From the NCBI RefSeq assembly GCF_009914755.1, contig NC_060931.1: DNA of 64,000 bases; one strand, 5' to 3'. Positions 58,065 through 64,000 of the stretch are shown one piece after another. The notes under the pieces were generated by a model. That model did not search any database and was not told the origin of the DNA. It worked only from the letters and a program-made list of their open reading frames with translations. Made by a program: the position numbers and the translations under genes. The DNA is from the human T2T-CHM13v2.0 reference genome, Homo sapiens. Each line of letters begins with the position of its first letter. Within the stretch, counting starts at the first letter, position 1.

Positions 58065-58379
58065 GCTGTGTCCTGTCCCACAGAGTAGCTACTAGCAACA
58101 TGTGGCTGCTGAGAACTTAAAATATAGCTAGTTCACATTCAGATGTGCTTTAAGTGTAAAACACACATATTTCAAAGACTTAGTATGAAAAAATGTGAAG
58201 TATCTGAATAAATTTTATATTGATTACATGTTGAAATTATGTTTTTGATATACTGGGTTAAATAAAATGTATTCCTGAAATTATCCTCACCTGTGTTTCT
58301 TATTACTTTTCTAATGTGACTACTAAAAAATTTTAAATTACACATGTGGCTTATATTACATTTCTATTGGACAGTGCTA
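58065..58379. mobile_element. MER33 (hAT-Charlie) DNA transposon
   Basis: gtagctactagcaacatgtggct...aaattacacatgtggcttatattacatttctattggacagtgct. Confidence 0.85.
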
Positions 58380-59589
58380 CTTTCAGAATTTGAACCTAAA
58401 AGATTAGAAAAACTGAAATTGTAATATACTATAGAGGACCAAGAGCTAGAGCTGGTTTTACTGAAATGAAAAAGTTTGACTCCAAAAATGAGCTTGATTG
58501 AAGGAGTCCAATAAATAAAAATGCAGATCCAGAAATCAGAAAAGTCTGTGATGGAAATACAGAGTTAGAAAATCTCTTTAGAAATTAGATAGCTGGAATT
58601 TTGGAAAAGCAGGTGAATCCCCAGAGAAAATTTCAGATCCCACAGCTTAGAAAAGGGGAGGAAGAGATAGCAGGTGATTTTTTTTTTCCTCAAAGGATAG
58701 GATAGGAGGGGCTGGTATCCCACGAAGAATCTCTGAAATCATTTCCCACAGAAATATGATGCTAATTGTGTTATAATTTAGGGATATTCTCAATATATGT
58801 GAGGTTGAAAATAATAGGGACCTAAATATATTAGAAAATATTTTTTCCAAGGAAAGTACATTCCAAACTCCAAACAGGTAACTCTTTACCTTTTTTATTT
58901 GTAAACAAACAAGCTTGCAAGTTAGCTTCTGTCATAACTAAGTACATAGATAGGTTCAGACATGCAAAACTTTATTATTGCTGCTCTAATAGAGAAAAAA
59001 AGTGGTTATGCACACCTCCCCCTCTAATAATAATGAAATTTACATACTGTACTCAGCCACTGGAACTAATACTTGAAAAGAGCCCCCAAAATATAGTTCA
59101 AGTTCAAAATCCATGTATCTTCCACATCTCTTATTTTTACCAAAACACAAGCAATCTGGAGCTGTTATAAGCAAAAGACTGTTTTAACAAAACTCAATTT
59201 CTTCAAAATAGAGCTATGTACATACAAAATGAACATACCATTTTAAATTATAAAATACATTTTCCTCTCATTTAGGAGATTTAATAGAGAACTGTTTGTA
59301 TTCCCAGTGATATTATAAAGCAGGTAATCGAGAAGGGCAAGCTGACTACTATTCTTATGTGTTCAGACAGAGCTCAACTTATTGGACAAAGGCTTATCTT
59401 ATCTTTTGTAGATGAGAGTTCTAGGATATCCCATGACCTTCCCTAATATTACAAACCTTAGCATTATAAAATTATTTTACTTTTCCCAGAATAAAATTAG
59501 AAAGCCAGATACTCTGCCAAATAGGTTTTTTAATTGGAAATTTTAGCACTCTTGATTTATTTGTCAAGAATCTCTGGACTTACAGTGTA

Positions 59590-59950
59590 GCTGAGAACAT
59601 AGGTATACAGTAATTACAATGTAGGTGAGACCCTAACCTGTCATGGTGCTTCACAGGGAGGGTGACTTTTACCTAAGGAGAGATCACAGGAGGTGGCATC
59701 TACATTGGGACTTGAGTAAATAAGGTAAATATTTAAGAATTAGTGAATAGTCCAGTTTGGTTAGAATTTAAGGCATGTGGAAAGAAGTAGCAGAAAATAA
59801 GAATGGAAAAGTAAGTTGGATCCAGAGTGTGGAGAGCCTTGAATGGCAGGCTGAGAAGGAAGACTGGGCTGGACTGGGTGAGCATCAGGAACCAGAGAAA
59901 GTTTCTGAACAATTTATCAGAAGTATATCTTGGGCAGACTGAAATCTCAG
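59590..59950 (-). mobile_element. L2 fragment
   Basis: gagagccttgaatggcaggctgag; purine-rich antisense L2. Confidence 0.5.
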
Positions 59951-60909
59951 AACAGTGAGGTGGATATAACTGTATAGCAGTGGCATAGCAGCAGGGATGG
60001 TAAAAGCAGCAAGAAGTAGAGGAAGTCCGAGCAATGGTGTGATGTGCCTGCTTTCTAAGAAATAATGCACAGGGCTGTTTTCAAAAAAAGGAAACACATG
60101 TGCACATGTTGTTTTTTCCCTAAGATCATGAGGCCTCCTCTTGAGCAACTAGCCTAGCCTGTAAGGAGGAAAACAGTTTTTATCATGTAAGTACGGAAAT
60201 CTGCTTTTTCCTGAATGGATTCTGGGCTGGACAGCCTGAAGACAGCCATCTGCTCGCAGCAACAGCAGCAGCAGCATGCTTGCTTATATGCATACAATCT
60301 TCCTTTGCACTGCTGGTTGGCTCAGCTCAAGTTGCCCACCCTAGGATTACTTTAACATATGCAGTAAAAGTCACATTCTTCTACTCATTGAATCAAGGCT
60401 GGAAAGCTTGAGAAGAAACATTCAATCACTGACAAAATAAAGTGGAAAAGGAATCCAAAGGAGGGAAGGAAAGAAATAAGACAGCAGAGAAAGGGATGGG
60501 AGCAACGGAAACCAAGAATGAAGCAGGAAGACAAGACATGAGGGAGGAGGAGGAACTGATCATAACCATTACACCTATGTTCACTTAAAAGTAATTGTTA
60601 TTTAGAGTAAAACTTTATTTCCAAAAACTGTGTGGATGTGGAGGCGGTAACAAGGTTAATTATGTCTCATAATTAGTAATTAAGATTATATAACAAAGCC
60701 TTTGGCAATGTTCTATTCTAATGATGGAGGGCCAACATCAGAGAAATATAATAGTGCATTAGCATAACCACATATGCAAAGTACACAAAACCATTTCCAA
60801 AGTTAACTTGTCATTGAATGATTAAATATGAATTCATAATTAGAAAAATCCACACTGTAATTTATTGGCTCTCCTGACTGTTCTGGTTCATTAAAAGTTG
60901 ATTACTAAA

Positions 60910-60928
60910 CAGTGACCTCTAGTGGCCC
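60910..60928 (-). promoter_or_regulatory. Candidate CTCF motif
   Basis: The minus strand reads GGGCCACTAGAGGTCACTG, one mismatch to the CCASYAGRKGGCR core. It lies in non-repetitive sequence. Confidence 0.45.
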
Positions 60929-61484
60929 ATAATTTTCCAATGCTATATTGTTTCTCTTAAAGAGTCAGCATAGATTTGAAGAACCTATTTACCCTAAATA
61001 AGGCAATTACTTTGAAGATGTTAATATTCCTTTTCATTATAAAGGGAAATATTCCTTTTTCCTATACTTAGCTCCTTAAAGTATATTCTGGCAAATACAA
61101 AATGCCAAAAAGCTCTCCTGCTTCTACCCAAGTGTCACACATTCATTAACAAATTATGATCGAGCACCTATTTGTGAAACCGTGGGGCTGGGTGTTTGGG
61201 GTATTTTATTAATAATTAGAAACTGACTTCACTAATTCTTTACTATCCAATAAGAAATGAAATCAACATTAATACAATTGTCATGCTACTATCTATTCAC
61301 TGCCTATACACACGGGACACACTGAAAACATACTTGATTTTAAAATTCAAAGACACCAACAATTTCTGATTCAATGCATACCAAATTACTAAGGTTTATC
61401 TTAAAAGGCAATAGATTAACAACTGTAAAAAACAAATCCAGCTCATCTCTTAAATTTTTCTTAAAGAGATTTCTATAACAATGA

Positions 61485-61862
<378 letters not shown>

Positions 61863-62699
61863 TGAATACAAATCTTTTTAAAAGACCCATATCCTTGTAA
61901 TAATAATTTATGTTAAATTTAAACCCAATTTAAAAATCCATAAATATATTTGTTTTTATTACTTGCAACCCAGGTACACTCATTATGAAAACAAGGTTTC
62001 AGAAAGGCTCGCAATATAAAGAGAAGACTTTGGGTGTGTTATTAAAAGGATTATATATCCCTTCATCCCCCCAAATCAGTCAAGATAATCATCCTCGTTC
62101 CCTAAAGTAGTGGCAATGCTGTAGCATCCTTTAAGAATGTAGGTAAGCCTCCAAAAAAATTTGAGATGTAAATAAAAGAAACAAATATACTTCCCTGATG
62201 TACCATTGCTGCAGAACACATGGGTGTGGAGTGCCAATTGTTTCTGTAATGATTTAATATAGTAGCTGGATAATGAGTTGTACCTTCTGCAACAACTGAA
62301 TCACCATTTAATGCTATTATCAACAGTTCATGACCCACCAGCAAGAAATGTCAACCTGATTAATCTAAACACTGCTGACCTCAAAAAAAACCTTACTCCT
62401 CACAGAATACTGTTATTAGCATCCATTGTTCATTAGAATGAACATATATAAATCAAATCATTAAATAGTTTAGAGAGTTCAGTATGCTAATTTTGCTAAG
62501 TGAGAGTTAATAGGGTTCTGAAAATGTGGAGCTGAAGACATTACTTAAGCATGAATATTTGTTAAAACTAAGAGAATCTTTTTTTTGAAGATACATTATT
62601 TTATAAGTTCAATATGTCAATGAAAATATTTGTTTTCTTAGTATTGTACATTAGGGTTACAGTAAGATTTCATTTTGGTTCTAAAGTTCAATGTTTAGA

Positions 62700-62994
62700 T
62701 TTTTTTTTTTTTTGAGACAGTTTCGCTTTGTTGCGCAAGCTGGAGTGCAGTGGCACGATCTCAGCTCACTGCAACCTCCGCCTCCCAGGTTCAAGCAATT
62801 CTCATGCCTCAGACTCCTGATAGCTGAGATTACAGGCGCCCACCACCACACCTGGCTGATTTTTTTTGTATTTTAGTAGAGACAGGGTTTCACCATGTTG
62901 CCTAGGCTAGTCTCAAACTCCGGAACTCAGGCAATCCGCCTGTCTCGGCCTCCTGAAGTGCCAGGATTACAGATGTGAGCCACCGCGCCCAGCC
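62700..62994 (-). mobile_element. AluS
   Basis: Full antisense Alu. Confidence 0.95.
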
Positions 62995-63214
62995 AAATTC
63001 TTACTTCTTAACATAAATTTCAAAAATAACCAGATTATATTTAGAGCGCATATTGGACACTGATTTTTACTAAAAATAAAACCACATTTTTTTTTGTTGT
63101 TACAATAAGCTAGGTCTTCAGTACCCACAAAAGTAGTCAAACTCTGCTTCCTTGCACCTGAGTTGAGAGGTTAGGACTCTAAGAAAAGCAGGTGCAAGCA
63201 GGCAGAACAAGTCA

Positions 63215-63660
63215 AGATTCTCTATAACTGAATACTACACTTCTTAAAAAATAATCAGACTCTATATGGTAACCAGAAAGATTTAACCTAAAATTAACAG
63301 TAAGAAAATAATCAGACAAATCAAGAATGAGGAACATTTCATAAAATAACTGGTCTAGACTCCAGAAATGTCAAGATAGATTATTTTTATTTTTAAAGGG
63401 AGGGCATGGGAACTGTTTTAGATTAAAGAAAGATGAAGAAACAAAACAACTAAATGTAACATATGAACTTTTATTAGATGCTGGATCAAAGAAAATTAGA
63501 AAATCCAGTTATTTGGGGGACAACTGAGAAAATTTGAATATGGGTTATATATTAGATGGCACTGAATCAAAGTCAAATTTCTTGGGTGTGATAGTAGTTT
63601 TGGAGTTATGTCCCTATTCTCAGACGATATATACTAAAAGTATTTAAGGCTGAATGGTTC
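63215..63660 (+). mobile_element. L1MC-like 3' fragment
   Basis: gggaactgttttagattaaag...acaactaaatgtaac...ggggacaactgagaaaatttgaatatgg. Confidence 0.7.
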
Positions 63661-64000
63661 CACCAAAAACAAAAATTATGTGGCACGGGGCTGAAGGGGG
63701 CAAGAGAGAACACATAAATTGAAATTTAAAATATAACAAATAATTACATAGCAGAGCACTGATACCACACATAAAGAGAATCTCTATACACCCATTATTT
63801 AGAAATGTTTCATGAATTCTATTTTTACTGTGTCTTCCAAAAGGGCAGAAAGTGAAGGAGGAAAAACTTTGGTCCCAAATACCAATGAAGGTAGTTATCT
63901 TTTGATTTACAAAAACAGATATTTTATTGAAACATCTGAGTCAAATTTCTATAAACTGAATACTTAACCATTACTTCGTATTATTACATTGCTGAGTTAC

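Noticed and set aside
59683-59702. CTCF-like cacaggaggtggcatc
   Set aside because: Mismatched at the CC core and inside a degraded L2; too weak to call.

Overview
This is primate (human-type) genomic DNA with no prokaryotic features. The minus strand carries the 3' part of HIBADH (mitochondrial 3-hydroxyisobutyrate dehydrogenase, valine catabolism; human 7p15.2). Four coding exons lie at 27345-27478, 22718-22794, 15569-15725 and 10592-10750 (stop TGA). They splice in frame through canonical GT-AG junctions. The ~770-nt 3' UTR ends after an AATAAA at 9835-9840. Everything above 27.5 kb is one large HIBADH intron, and 1-9.8 kb is downstream intergenic DNA on the EVX1/HOXA side. Interspersed repeats include about 19 Alus, near-full-length Tigger1 and Tigger2 fossils, MER1B, MER20, MER33 and MER47 elements, MLT1, MST and MER39-like solo LTRs, L2/MIR fragments and a ~15-kb old L1 block. 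The most unusual structure is a nested inverted-repeat module in the intron at 18.6-19.6 kb. It has 107-bp arms at 95% identity around a 764-bp spacer, and the spacer contains an 83-nt hairpin pairing 36 of 37 bp. Other observations: a 44-bp templated insertion, a fused head-to-head Alu pair, candidate poison splicing events, and repeat-free motif-rich blocks that may be HOXA long-range enhancers. Repeat subfamily names and most repeat boundaries come from visual recognition and are approximate.
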